Origin: an uncultured delta proteobacterium
GTDB lineage: Bacteria > Desulfobacterota > Binatia > UBA9968
Assembly: GCA_963745035.1 (NCBI GenBank)
Contig: CAVUVW010000013.1
Span: 1,408,001 to 1,472,000, forward strand
Reading direction: 5' to 3'
DNA: 64,000 nt
Below, in pieces: positions 32,544 through 44,248 of this stretch. The number at the start of each line of letters is the position of its first letter. The stretch's first letter is position 1. Under the pieces are notes generated by a model. The model did no database searches. It saw only the letters and a list, made by a program, of their open reading frames with translations, and had not been told where the DNA came from. A program made the position numbers and the translations under genes.

Positions 32544-32567
32544 AGAATAAGAGCGCACTCTTATTCT
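32544..32567. promoter_or_regulatory. Perfect AT-rich inverted repeat (operator or hairpin)
   Basis: AGAATAAGAG-CGCA-CTCTTATTCT between the CBS gene and the MFS gene. Confidence 0.5.
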
Positions 32568-32676
32568 GACGATTCAATGATTTTTTGGCGCGCGGAATGG
32601 CGAACGATCAAATAGCCGCGCCGTGACGTCATACTCGCCACGGCGCAGCGTTCCGATTTCCCGCCGGAGAGAGCCC

Positions 32677-33156
32677 CTAGCCGGCTTGTTTTCGCACCAG
32701 GTCGAGAAGCTGCTGATAGGATTTTAACAAATCGGTCGAAGTAACGATGCCGCAAACCGTGCCGTCGTCCTCGACGACCGGCAGGCAGTTGATGCGTTTG
32801 GAGACGAGTTTCGAGACCGCGTCGACGATCGGCGTGCTGCGCTTCACGGTGATCGGATTGCGCGTCATGATCTGGTCGAGCGATTTGGAGCGCGAGTTGG
32901 GGTTTCGCGCCAGCGCCCTGAAAATGTCCCGGTCGGAAATAACGCCGACCGCTTTGCGATAACTGTCGACTATCACGCAATGGCGGAAATAGCGGTCGCT
33001 CATGAGATTGGCGACATCGTTGAAAGTGTGATGCGGGCTTAACGTGACGACTTTTGCCGTCATCACATCGGCCACTTCCGTCGGGCCGATCACCAAAGAA
33101 ATTTCGTGCGATTTCGCATTGTCGTGAAACGATTTCTGGTTCAGATTCTCCAACAT
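32677..33156 (-). CDS. CBS-pair domain protein
   Basis: VADVMTAKVVT, GVISDRDI, IMTRNPITV, LPVV..GIVTSTDL. Confidence 0.92.
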   Translation of the reverse strand: MLENLNQKSFHDNAKSHEISLVIGPTEVADVMTAKVVTLSPHHTFNDVANLMSDRYFRHCVIVDSYRKAVGVISDRDIFRALARNPNSRSKSLDQIMTRNPITVKRSTPIVDAVSKLVSKRINCLPVVEDDGTVCGIVTSTDLLKSYQQLLDLVRKQAG

Positions 33157-33501
33157 GATTTTCCCCCGGAATTATAAAGATGGCGCTTTGCGTGAAATCA
33201 GGAGGAAGATAAAGCAATTCTTACACCACGGGGCTTGCGCGCGCTTGCGGGCCAACAGGTGGGCCGGAATCACACAATCTGGAAATCGCTCGCCTATTTT
33301 CTCCAAGTTGCTCCCAAAAGCGCATTGTCGCTCCTGGCCTCCCAGGACGCGCATTTTGTTCGATTTGGAAGAAAACCGTCAATTTTTGCTCGCGCCGGCA
33401 TAGCGGCGCCCACCGAAAAGGCGCGTCGCTTCCGGCGGTAGTTTGGCGCCCGGTCGTGTGTTAGTAAAACGTTTAACAACCGGAGAACGGGAGCAGAAAC
33501 A

Positions 33502-34562
33502 ATGACCCTTGTGCTCAGCAACGACGACGTCGCAAAAGCGCTCAACATCGACGATTGTCTCAAGATCATGGAGGAATCGTACCGCGAGCAGGCCGCCAGC
33601 CGGGCCGTCAACCGGCCGACTTGCCATTCCTATCTGCCGCACTCGATGGCGAATTCGACGTACAGCTTCAAGTCGGTCGACGGCGGCGTGGGCAAGTACG
33701 GCGTGCTCGCCTTGCGCATTACCTCGGACGTCGTTCAGGAACAAGAAGTTCGCGGCGCAGTGCGGCTGGAAAAGCTGCCGCTCGCGGGAAAAGGCATGTT
33801 CGTCGGCTTGGTGCAGCTTTTTAGCTCGGAAACCGGCGAGCTCTTGGCGATCATGCCTGACGGCCTCATCCAACAGACGCGCGTCGGCGTAACGAGCGCG
33901 CTCGGCATGAAAGCGATGGCGCGGAAAAATTCCGAGGTCCTCGGCCTGATCGGCTCAGGCGGCCAGGCAAAGGCGCATTATCGCTTCATGACCGCGATGA
34001 TGCCGTTCAAGAAAGTCAAAGTCTTTAGCCCCAATCCTGAGCATCGAAAAGCGTTCGTCGAAGAGATGGCCGAGGAGACCGGCGTTGCCGGTGAGCCGGT
34101 TGCGAGCGCGGAACAAGCCATCCGCGGTTGCGACGTTGTGTGCAGCGCGACCAACTCCTCGCAGCCGGTACTGAAACTCGACTGGCTCGAACCGGCATGC
34201 ACTACAATTCGATTCGGGAGTTCGAGACGGACCTCGAGGCTCTGGAAAAATGCGACGTGATCGCGATTCACACCCAATTCGGCGGCATCCAGCACTACCA
34301 GCCGCCGGGCATCGATGACGACATGCCGGGCGTGCGCCGCGAAAAGCCGCGCGATTGGTCGAAGTATCCTGAGATTTGCGATCTCATCGCCGGCAAAGCT
34401 CCCAGCCGCACCAACGACAAGCAGATCACTTTCTTTCTCAACAACGTCGGCACCGGCGTCCAGTTTGCCGCCATGGGCTACTGCGCCTACAAAGGAGCGA
34501 AGGAACAGGGGCTTGGGCGGGAAATCCCGAGCGAATGGTTCATGCAGGACATCAAGCCATGA
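33502..34562 (+). CDS. Ornithine cyclodeaminase/mu-crystallin family protein, frameshift near 34195
   Basis: TGELLAIMPDG, GSGGQA, CSATNS; second frame GMHYNSI...NNVGTGVQF. Confidence 0.87.
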
Positions 34563-34604
34563 TGATGCGACGATCGAGCCCTAGTAGTCTAAGTATCGCT
34601 GGAG

Positions 34605-35722
34605 CTAATTGCCCATCATTCTCTTCAGCCTCTCGATCACCTCCTGTGGCTGGGACATCGCTTCTTTGGTCAACGCCTCAACCTGCTCGCCCGTGGTCGG
34701 GTTCGATGTCCGATCTTTTTCTCTTGGTCTCGGCCAGAAATTCCGGATCTTTCATCGTTTTGTTGAAAGCGTCTCGAAGCGTCTTCACCATCTCCGGACG
34801 CATCTTGGGCGGCGCCAAGTAAGGCCGATGAAACTCACCCGAGGCGAGCACCGTCGTTGCCAAGCCGCCGTCCCGTCTCCGGCGTTTTGTACTTATCCAA
34901 GAGTTCATAAATCGTCGGCACATTGGCAAGCTTCTCGATCCTCGCTCTGCCGCCTTGAACCAACTCTCGTCGAAAAACCGTTCTTTCGCCAAGTATGAAA
35001 CGGCTCGCGGGAAAAATACGCCTCGGTGCTAAGAGAGCGGCATTGGATTTCGCCCCTCTCCACCGCGAGTCTATCTCGTTGCCGCCCTGATAACCGGAAA
35101 CCATGTTGAATTTCGCGCCGATGGTTTCTTCCAAAAGCTTGGGCACGAGATTGCCCATATTGCCCAAGCCCGTGGTGCCGCATTTGGGCGGCTCTTTGGC
35201 CGTGCGCACATCCTCGATGGTTTTGAACGGCGAGTCGGCGCGCATGTAGAGAACCTGCGGCGACTTGGTCGCGTTACCGATCCAGTTATATTTCGTCCAG
35301 TCGAATTTGACCTCACCCCGCCCGATCAGTTGCTCGAAATACAGTCCCGCGTTGATCGCCCCCATGGTTAAACCGTCCGGTTTGGCGACGTTGTAGATAT
35401 AATTTGCCGCGATCATATGGCCCGCGCCCGGCATATTCTGCACGAAAACATTGGGATTGCCCGGCAAATATTTGCCCATGAAAAGACGCGATGGCTGCGC
35501 GCATAAAGGTCGTAGAGATCGCCCGCCCCCGTGCCGACAATAATGGTCAGCGGTTTTGCCCTGGTAGTTGGGAGCTTGGGCACGGACTCGCTCAATCGAA
35601 AGTAAATTGAATACCGTCCAGATCAGAAAAACGACGAGGGCGAAATTCGTTTTTCTTGTCTCCCGGCGAAAGTATGAAGCACCTGAACCCACGGCAGCAA
35701 ACTGAATTCTCGATGATCCCAT
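34605..35722 (-). CDS. tctC: Bug/TctC substrate-binding protein, multiple frameshifts
   Basis: YQGK, NMPGAGHMIAANYIYNVAKPDG, PPKCG, RPYLAPP, KDPEFLAE spread over several frames. Confidence 0.82.
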
Positions 35723-35796
35723 CGTAACCTCCGAACCCGACAGTTTGTCGATCCAAGCCTTAAAAGTTATTCGACCTTTTGCAGACTTAAAGCTAC

Positions 35797-36912
35797 CTAC
35801 CACGTTTCCGCTCTGCCTCCCTGCACCCACCAGTTCAAACGCGGCTCGATTTTTAGCTCGTGACCTTTACCATTCTGCCGTGCGAGCTCATAACATTTTT
35901 TTGCGAGCGCGATGTCGACGATGCCCTGCCCACCCTGGTTCTTGTAAAGAATAATCTGACCGTCGTCGGTCCGGCCTTGCGCCTTACCGGCGAGCACATC
36001 GGCAATTTCCACAACTTTGTCCCAACCGATGATTCCATTCTGAACCGGCCAGTAGATATCGCCCTGCTGCGAATCGATCGCCTGCGCTTTGGAGAGCGCG
36101 ACAACGAAGTCGCAGCGCCGGAGCGTCGTGTCGTCGATCTCCCGCCGCGGCGCGGCCAGGTTGCCGCTTTTTACCAGCTCGATGTTGCTACCGATGACCG
36201 AAATAATGTACTGGCCCGCTTCGAGCCACGCCCCGTCGATCACCGGCACATTGGTGTTGGTCATGCACAGAATGATATCGACGTCTTTCGCCGCCAACTC
36301 CGGCGCATCTACCGGCCTCACCTGCACGCCTGTTTTTGCGCTGATCTTTTTAGCGAAACCTTCGCGGTGCGCCGGCGTGGGGCTAAACACTTTCGCGCTT
36401 TCGATCTTGCGCAGTTCGCACAGTCCGGCAAAAGTCGCCCAGGCCTGCTGCCCGGACCCATAGATTCCAACCCGCCGCGCATCTTGCCGTGCGAATAGGT
36501 CCAAGCCGGCCAAGCTTGTCGCGGGGGTGCGCAGGTCCGCCACGCCGGTAAAATCACGCGGGCGATGGGCCATGACACCCAGCAGAGATCCGTTATCGGT
36601 GTCGTAGATCAGTGCCAGCTCGGTTTGATCGGGATTGAACGGCGGCCGTTGCTGCGTATTCCCCGCTATCGCCTTTCGGTGGAGCGCCACCTGCGCCCCG
36701 ACGGCTCTGTAAGACGCCGAGCCGCCGGCGTAAATATTGAGAACCGTATCGAAAGTTCCTTCGGCGACGTTGCGATGAAGATTGAGCCGCTTGCGCGGTG
36801 CATTGACGCCGTCAGGCGAGACCAAATCGCGCAAGGCCTGCTCGGTGATTTTTACCGCTTCTTTGAACGGAATCAGTTGATCCACATCGTCGGAATGAAA
36901 AAACAGCGCCAC
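35797..36912 (-). CDS. Ornithine cyclodeaminase/mu-crystallin family protein
   Basis: LRTPATS, GSGQQA, CMTNT, REID, YKNQGGQG. Confidence 0.87.
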   Translation of the reverse strand: MALFFHSDDVDQLIPFKEAVKITEQALRDLVSPDGVNAPRKRLNLHRNVAEGTFDTVLNIYAGGSASYRAVGAQVALHRKAIAGNTQQRPPFNPDQTELALIYDTDNGSLLGVMAHRPRDFTGVADLRTPATSLAGLDLFARQDARRVGIYGSGQQAWATFAGLCELRKIESAKVFSPTPAHREGFAKKISAKTGVQVRPVDAPELAAKDVDIILCMTNTNVPVIDGAWLEAGQYIISVIGSNIELVKSGNLAAPRREIDDTTLRRCDFVVALSKAQAIDSQQGDIYWPVQNGIIGWDKVVEIADVLAGKAQGRTDDGQIILYKNQGGQGIVDIALAKKCYELARQNGKGHELKIEPRLNWWVQGGRAETW

Positions 36913-36966
36913 AAACTTCTCCGTCCGAGACTACTGAAAAAACTTGGGTTTTTTAGGGCTAGTCGC

Positions 36967-37962
36967 TCATCTTCCAAAATCCGTGTCCCATAATTTTCTC
37001 ATCTTCGCCCATCTGCTCCTCAGACAATTCGGTGCGCCGGAGCAAGCTACGGCCTCGTCCACATGCGTCGTATTGGAAAAACCAACGAGCACGGTTGAAA
37101 CATTTTGGTTCATCAGACCGAAGCGGATCGCGGCTTGGGTGAGATCCTTCCCCTGCACGTTCAGTGCTGTCTTAACTTTCTCCGCTCGCTGTAAATCACT
37201 TGCATAATCCGAACCTGGCGACAATGTCTGCCCGCTGCCGCCGCCGCCTTTGCTGGGATCGGCAGTGAGCGCGCCGGCGGCAAGAACGCGAATGACGAAT
37301 GCGCCCATCCCTTTTGCGGCGGCACGGTCGAGAATCCGACCGTAATCCAACGCGCTGAATGCGGCTGGCACCGCTTGGCCAGCGCTCGGATTGAGCAAGT
37401 TGTAATAGCACTGAAAACCCTGAAACTCGCCGCTCTCGACCAGCTCATGCAGCGCCTGCGGATCACCTAGGCCGCTGAAACCAAAAAAGCCGACCTTGCC
37501 GCGGTCGCGCATCGCCTTCAGGCCGTCGACGACGCCGTTCGGTCCGAGCACGTCTTTCGGTGTCAGGCTGAAACGTTTTTCGCCGCCGCGTTCAGAAGTG
37601 ACCCGAGTGTGGAGCTGGACGAAATCGACGCGCTCGCGCCCCAGCCGCTCTAAGCCGGCTTCGACGGCGCGGATTGTGGCGGCTTTGATATTATCAACAC
37701 AATCAGCTTCGAGACGAATCTTGGTCGAGATGACCGGATCGGCGCCCAACTCCTTGAGCACCCGCCCTAAGTTTTCCTCGGATTTTCCCAGGCCGTAGGC
37801 GAAAGCCGTGTCGAAAAAATTTATTCCCGCATCCAACGCGCGCCGCACCACTTTGAGTTGATCTTCGTAGGGCGCCTTGACCATCAACACGGCGTTGTTG
37901 CCGCAGCCAAAGCCGATTTCGGAAACGCGCAGCCCGGTTTGACCAATGGTTCGATATTGCAT
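36967..37962 (-). CDS. Aldo/keto reductase
   Basis: GLRVSEIGFG, FFDTAFAYG, SEENLG, STK, DFVQLH. Confidence 0.93.
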   Translation of the reverse strand: MQYRTIGQTGLRVSEIGFGCGNNAVLMVKAPYEDQLKVVRRALDAGINFFDTAFAYGLGKSEENLGRVLKELGADPVISTKIRLEADCVDNIKAATIRAVEAGLERLGRERVDFVQLHTRVTSERGGEKRFSLTPKDVLGPNGVVDGLKAMRDRGKVGFFGFSGLGDPQALHELVESGEFQGFQCYYNLLNPSAGQAVPAAFSALDYGRILDRAAAKGMGAFVIRVLAAGALTADPSKGGGGSGQTLSPGSDYASDLQRAEKVKTALNVQGKDLTQAAIRFGLMNQNVSTVLVGFSNTTHVDEAVACSGAPNCLRSRWAKMRKLWDTDFGR

Positions 37963-37975
37963 GATTTCCCCCGCT

Positions 37976-38668
37976 CTATATTTCCGACAGCATCGCCAGG
38001 ACCGCCTCGGTATCTGTAAGATCCGCCAAACAAACGTCCGGCTGCCAATACTGAAGCTCTTCTACCGGATATCGGCCCGTTCCGACAAGGACGCATTTCA
38101 TTTGATTGTGCCGGGCCGCTTCCAGATCCTTTGGTGTATCGCCGATCACGACGCACCGTTTGACCGGCAAGGTTCGACCAGCCAGTCCTTCCCAGCGTGC
38201 CTTCGCAATATCCGGTAAATCGGCGCGACGCCGTGAATCGCTCGCGTAAGCGCCGCGGCGCAAAAACGGAGCAAGGCCGGCGGCTTCCAATTTTATAGCT
38301 GCCGTCGCCTCAAAGTTGCCCGTCACCACGCTGGAGCTGAAATCGTCGCGCAGAGAAAGCTCGCGCAGCAACTCGGCCGCGCCCGGCAAAGCCCGGATGG
38401 TCGTGGTCCCTTGGCGCACGTGATGGTGATAACGCTCGCGCAAGTGAATCGTGAACTGTTCCCAATCTTCGTCGCGGAACGCGATCTTGGCATTCGCCTT
38501 GGCGCAGATCTCTTCCACAATCATCGGATCGGTATTACCGTCCGGCACGACAGTTCGAATATCGCCGTCGAAACCGAATGTCTTAAGAATTGCTTCGTTA
38601 AACGGCAAATAGCCGTTTTGCGTGCGCGTGAGCGTGCCGTCGATGTCGAACAGAATCAGCCGATGCAT
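37976..38668 (-). CDS. HAD family hydrolase
   Basis: LFDIDGTL, VTGN, VIGDTPKD. Confidence 0.93.
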   Translation of the reverse strand: MHRLILFDIDGTLTRTQNGYLPFNEAILKTFGFDGDIRTVVPDGNTDPMIVEEICAKANAKIAFRDEDWEQFTIHLRERYHHHVRQGTTTIRALPGAAELLRELSLRDDFSSSVVTGNFEATAAIKLEAAGLAPFLRRGAYASDSRRRADLPDIAKARWEGLAGRTLPVKRCVVIGDTPKDLEAARHNQMKCVLVGTGRYPVEELQYWQPDVCLADLTDTEAVLAMLSEI

Positions 38669-38730
38669 GAGCAGGGAAATAGTCGCACAATCTCAATCTG
38701 CTGGGCAAATTCAATCGTGCTTTTCCCGCG

Positions 38731-38759
38731 TTGACATGTCCGGTTATTCCGGATAAGAG
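38731..38759 (+). promoter_or_regulatory. Probable sigma70 promoter of the riboswitch-led operon
   Basis: Perfect TTGACA at 38731; weak -10 (TAAGAG at 17 bp); predicted start falls just before the aptamer. Confidence 0.5.
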
Positions 38760-38770
38760 AAATACGTAAG

Positions 38771-38843
38771 TTTTGCGCGACTGGCGAACGTGGAATTGAC
38801 CACGAGGGAGTGCAAAGCCTTAAGACGGCCGAACGCCTGGGTC
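38771..38843 (+). ncRNA. ZMP/ZTP (pfl) riboswitch aptamer
   Basis: P1 TTTGCGC/GTGCAAA, conserved GACTGGCG, P2 CGTGG/CCACG followed by GGGAG, P3 GGCC/GGTC with loop GAACGCCTG, pseudoknot GGCG(38783-86)/CGCC(38834-37). Downstream genes fit one-carbon/purine metabolism. Confidence 0.92.
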
Positions 38844-38871
38844 TCTTAACCAGAGAGGTCCAGGCTTTTTT
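38835..38871 (+). terminator. Intrinsic terminator forming the riboswitch expression platform
   Basis: GCCTGGGTCTCTT-AACCA-GAGAGGTCCAGGC followed by TTTTTT; its 5' arm overlaps the aptamer P3/pseudoknot. Confidence 0.88.
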
Positions 38872-38968
38872 GTGGACATTGCGCCGTTGATATAGTCATT
38901 ACGCCGCATTCTCCACTCTGTCCTGCCTCGCTTGGCCTTCGTTGCCGGTTGTCAGAGGAAATTTCGTC

Positions 38969-40112
38969 ATGATCAAGCACTATCTGCTCTCCCCCGGCCC
39001 GACGCCGATTCCCAACGAAGTTGCTCTGGCGATGGCGGAGACGATGATCCACCATCGCACGCCGCAGTTTAATCGCGTTTTCGACGAAGCGCGGGAAAAG
39101 CTCAAAAAACTCTTCGGCACAAAAAACGATGTGCTCATACTGGCTTCCTCGGGCACGGGCGCGATGGAAGCCGCGGTCGCCAACCTTTTTTCGCCGGGCG
39201 ACAAAGTCCTCGTCGTCAACGGCGGAAAATTCGGCGAGCGCTGGCTCAACATTTCCAACGCCTATGGTCTAAGTCCCATCGATCTCAGAGTACCCTGGGG
39301 CCAGGCGGTGAAGGTCGCTGAAGTCGAAAAGGCGCTCAAGGCTAATCCGGACATCCAGGGCGTGATGATTCAAGCGAGCGAAACGTCCACCACGGTTCTT
39401 CATCCGGTGAGGGAAATCGCCAAACTCACCAAAAACGGCCCGCTCTTCTTGGTTGACGGCGTTACCGCCGTGGGCGTCGTGCCGTTGTTGTTGGATGATT
39501 GGGGCATCGACGCGCTGGTCACCGGCTCGCAGAAAGCCCTCATGCTGCCGCCCGGTTTGGGCTTCGTCGCGCTGAGCGACCGCGCCTGGGAAAAAACCAA
39601 AAAAGCCAAGCTGCCGCGGTTTTATTTCGATCTCAATCTCGAGCGCAAGAATCAGCAGAAGGGCTCCGGCGCGTTTACGCCCGCGGTGTCTTTGATCTTC
39701 GGCGTGCGCGCTTCGCTCAATATGATCGAGCGCGAGGGCGTCGAAAACGTCTACGCGCGCCATGCGCGGCTCTGCCGCGCCACTCGAGCAGCGGCAACGG
39801 CATTGGGACTAAAATTGCTGGCGCCCGACAGCCCGAGCCCTGCCGCCACCGGCGTCTATCTGCCCGACCGGCATCGACGCGGATCAGGTGCTCGATTATC
39901 TGCGCGACAAGATGAACGTCACCTTGGCCGAAGGCCAGGATCAGCTCAAAGGCAAAGTGATCCGCATTGCCCATATCGGCTATATGGGCGCGTTCGACGT
40001 GATCACCGCGGTCGCCGCATTGGAAATGGCGCTCAGAAAATTCGGCGCCGAAATTCCGCTCGGCAAAGGCGTCGCCGCGGCGCAGGAAGTTTTGCTGGAG
40101 GCGTTGGTGTAA
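38969..40112 (+). CDS. Class V PLP aminotransferase (alanine/serine-glyoxylate family; probable phosphoserine aminotransferase), frameshift near 39868
   Basis: LSPGPT, HHRT, SGTGAMEA, ETST, VDGV, GSQKALM; second frame GQDQLKGKVIRIAHIG; directly upstream of serA. Confidence 0.88.
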
Positions 40113-40117
40113 AGGCC

Positions 40118-40193
40118 GAGGATAGAGAATGGAGGATGGAGAATAGAAGATCGCGCGTGATTTGCTATCCTCCATCCTCAATCCTCGATCTTC
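40118..40193. repeat. Inverted pair of heptamer arrays
   Basis: GAGGATA GAGAATG GAGGATG GAGAATA GAAGATC ... TATCCTC CATCCTC AATCCTC GATCTTC. Confidence 0.85.
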
Positions 40194-40221
40194 GACCCGT
40201 TAGTAAACTGTGGACCGTAAA

Positions 40222-41805
40222 ATGAAGATCCTAGTCACCGACTCGCTTGCGCCCGAAGGCCTGGAGGTGTTCAAGAACGCCGAAGGCTTCGAGGTCGACG
40301 TCAAAATCGGCCTCAAGGCCGACGAGCTCAAAAAAATCTGCGGCGACTACGACGGCTGGGTCATTCGCAGCGGCACGAAGATCACCGCCGAGTTGATCGA
40401 TGCGGCGAAAAATCTAAAAGTCATCGGCCGCGCCGGCGTGGGCTACGAAAACATCGACGCCGACGCCGCGACCAAGCGCGGCATCGTCGTCATGAATACC
40501 CCCGGCGGCAACAACGTCACCACCGGCGAGCATACGATTGCTCTCATCATGGCGCTTGCCCGGCACATTCCCCAGGCCGTTGCATCGCTCAAGGGCGGCA
40601 AATGGGACCGCAATAAATTTGTCGGCGTGGAACTCTGCAACAAGACCATCGGGATCATCGGACTTGGCAACGTCGGGCGCATCGTCGCCGAAAGGGCGGC
40701 CGGCTTGAAAATGAAGGTTCTCGGTTACGATCCGTTCATCGCCTCGGAAAATATCGCGCGCATGGGCGTGGAGCCCGGCACTCTCGAAGAAATTTTCACC
40801 AAGTCCGATTTCATCACGGTGCACGTGCCGTTGACCTCGGAAACCCAGGGCCTGATCAATAAGGCTGCCTTCAAGAAAATGAAGGCCAGCGTGCGCATCA
40901 TCAATTGCGCCCGCGGCGGCATCGTAGACGAGCAAGACTTAGCCGACGCCATCAAAGCCGGCAAAGTCGCGGGCGCGGCGCTCGATGTTTACGTTGACGA
41001 GCCGCCACCGGCCGATCATCCGCTGCTGAAGCTCGATCAAGTCATCACCACGCCGCATCTCGGCGCCTCCACCGACGAAGCGCAGCTCAACGTCGCCATC
41101 GCGGTGGCCGAGCAGATGGTCGACTTTCTTGCCCGGGGCGTGGTGCGCTACGCCGTCAACGTTCCCTCGGTCAGTCCCGAGCTTCTGGCCGTGCTTCGTC
41201 CGTACTTGACCCTCAGCGAAAAACTCGGCAGCCTCCACACCCAGATGGGCGGCTCGCTGCCCGATGAAGTGCAGGTCGAGTACCGCGGTGACGTGACCCA
41301 ATTCAACGTCGCGCCGCTCACGGTCGCAGTTTTGAAGGGCCTCTTATCGCCGGTGCTCGAATCGGCCGTCAATTACGTCAACGCGCCGATGATGGCCAAA
41401 GAGCGCGGCATCAAAATCGTCGAATCGAAGGGCGAAGAAGCCGGCGATTTTGCCAGCTCGATCATCCTCAAGGGCAAGAACGGCAAAGAGCAACTGGAGA
41501 TCGAAGGCGCGATGTTCGGCGCCAAGCACCCGCGCATCGTGCGGGTCAATAATTTTTACCTCGAAGCCGTACCGGAAGGCTATATTCTGATCCTGCAGAA
41601 TAACGATGTTCCCGGCGTGGTCGGCGCCGTTGGAACGATCCTCGGCAATAACGGCATCAACATCGCAGGCATGGAGCTCGGCCGCAGCCAAAAAGGCGGC
41701 AACGCGATCTCGTTCACGCACGTCGATGAAGTGCTCAGCAAAAAGGCCCTCGACGAGCTCCGCGCCCTGCCGCAAATCGTCTCCGCAACCTTGGTGAAAT
41801 TGTGA
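40222..41805 (+). CDS. serA: D-3-phosphoglycerate dehydrogenase (long form with ACT domain)
   Basis: IRSGTK, GRAGVG, GLGNVG, NCARGG, TPHLGAST, C-terminal NNDVPGVVG..NIA. Confidence 0.96.
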   Translation: MKILVTDSLAPEGLEVFKNAEGFEVDVKIGLKADELKKICGDYDGWVIRSGTKITAELIDAAKNLKVIGRAGVGYENIDADAATKRGIVVMNTPGGNNVTTGEHTIALIMALARHIPQAVASLKGGKWDRNKFVGVELCNKTIGIIGLGNVGRIVAERAAGLKMKVLGYDPFIASENIARMGVEPGTLEEIFTKSDFITVHVPLTSETQGLINKAAFKKMKASVRIINCARGGIVDEQDLADAIKAGKVAGAALDVYVDEPPPADHPLLKLDQVITTPHLGASTDEAQLNVAIAVAEQMVDFLARGVVRYAVNVPSVSPELLAVLRPYLTLSEKLGSLHTQMGGSLPDEVQVEYRGDVTQFNVAPLTVAVLKGLLSPVLESAVNYVNAPMMAKERGIKIVESKGEEAGDFASSIILKGKNGKEQLEIEGAMFGAKHPRIVRVNNFYLEAVPEGYILILQNNDVPGVVGAVGTILGNNGINIAGMELGRSQKGGNAISFTHVDEVLSKKALDELRALPQIVSATLVKL

Positions 41806-41815
41806 AAAGAGAAGA

Positions 41816-41904
41816 AGGCAACAGGCAACAGGCAGCAGGCAACAGGTTGCGACGCGTCCTGCCTGTCCTACTACTCACGCCTCACGGCTCACGCCTCACG
41901 CCTA
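41816..41904. repeat. Heptamer arrays AGGCA(A/G)C x4 and CTCACG(C/G) x4
   Basis: Read directly in the serA-purA spacer. Confidence 0.85.
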
Positions 41905-41905
41905 A

Positions 41906-43277
<1,372 letters not shown>

Positions 43278-43282
43278 GTTTT

Positions 43283-43430
43283 CTAGCGCAATTTGAAAAT
43301 ATCCAGATACTGCTTCACGGTCGCGTCGAAGTCTTGATAGTCTTCCGGGTTTTCGATCACGTACTTGAAGCCGCGGAAAAGCCGCGGCGGATCGGGATCG
43401 ACGTCTTTTCGCACCGGGATGCGCTGGGCG
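43283..43430 (-). pseudogene. 3' remnant of an ABC solute-binding protein gene
   Basis: Minus strand reads QRIPVRKDVDPDPPRLFRGFKYVIENPEDYQDFDATVKQYLDIFKLR*, aligning with the C-terminus of the 15833..16836 product; the frame is closed by a stop near 43511. Confidence 0.75.
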
Positions 43431-43512
43431 CCGTCAAAGTATGCGCTTGAATACGTTCCAAAGGGGTGATTATCATGACCCGGGTGGCGAACTTGAAGTA
43501 TCGGAGGTGATT

Positions 43513-43821
43513 ATGGACGGGGAACCAACCAACAAAGAAAGATTGGTCAACGATCTGAAAACGCTCGTCGGCGACGCCGAAGAGCTGTTGAAGGCGACGG
43601 CAAACCAAGCGGGTGAGAGAATCTCGGTAGCGCGCCAGAAAATCGAGCAGAGTCTCGTGGAAGGAAAAAAAGCTCTCGCCGATGCCGAGGCCACGCTTTT
43701 CAAGAAATCCAAGGAGTGCGCGGAAATCGCCGACGACTATGTCAGGGAGAATCCCTGGGGCGCGGTCGGCATCGCCGCCGCGGTCGGCCTGGCCGTCGGT
43801 CTCTTGATTCGCGGCAGGTAA
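43513..43821 (+). CDS. ElaB/YqjD/DUF883 membrane-anchored ribosome-binding protein
   Basis: RBS GGAGG; DLKTLVGDAEELLKATA and DDYVRENPWGAVGIAAAVG. Confidence 0.92.
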   Translation: MDGEPTNKERLVNDLKTLVGDAEELLKATANQAGERISVARQKIEQSLVEGKKALADAEATLFKKSKECAEIADDYVRENPWGAVGIAAAVGLAVGLLIRGR

Positions 43822-43834
43822 ATAGTCACGGTTG

Positions 43835-44248
43835 ATGAACGGTTTGGAAAACGACCAGAGCGAAAACGGCGCGCCGCGATTTACGCAGCCGTTCAAAGAA
43901 CTGCTGGCCGTTTTGTCCTCCGCGTTGCATACGCGCCTCGATTTGTTCGTCGTTGAGCTCCATGAAGAACTCGAACGGACAAAACAAACCCTGGCGCTCT
44001 TTCTGCTGTTACTCTGCGCCGCCAGTGTGGGTTTTGTCCTCCTGAATGTCTTTCTCGTCGCGCTGTTCTGGCAAAACGGCTGGATCGCCGCAATCGGTAT
44101 ACTGGCACTTGTTTATTTCAGCGTAGCCGCGTTCGCCGCGATCAAGCTCCGCGGCGCAACCCTTAGACCCGACGGTCTCTTCCCTGCGACCTTGACCGAG
44201 CTCGCCAAGGACCGCGACTGCTTGAGAACCGAAGCCCGTGAACAGTAA
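43835..44248 (+). CDS. YqjE-like membrane protein (holin-X family)
   Basis: TRLDLFVVEL.EE, two TM helices, F.ATLTELAKDR; follows the DUF883 gene. Confidence 0.8.
   Translation: MNGLENDQSENGAPRFTQPFKELLAVLSSALHTRLDLFVVELHEELERTKQTLALFLLLLCAASVGFVLLNVFLVALFWQNGWIAAIGILALVYFSVAAFAAIKLRGATLRPDGLFPATLTELAKDRDCLRTEAREQ

Noticed and set aside
43835-44248. Prophage lysis gene (holin family)
   Set aside because: Sits in a yqjDEK-type cassette with no phage genes nearby.
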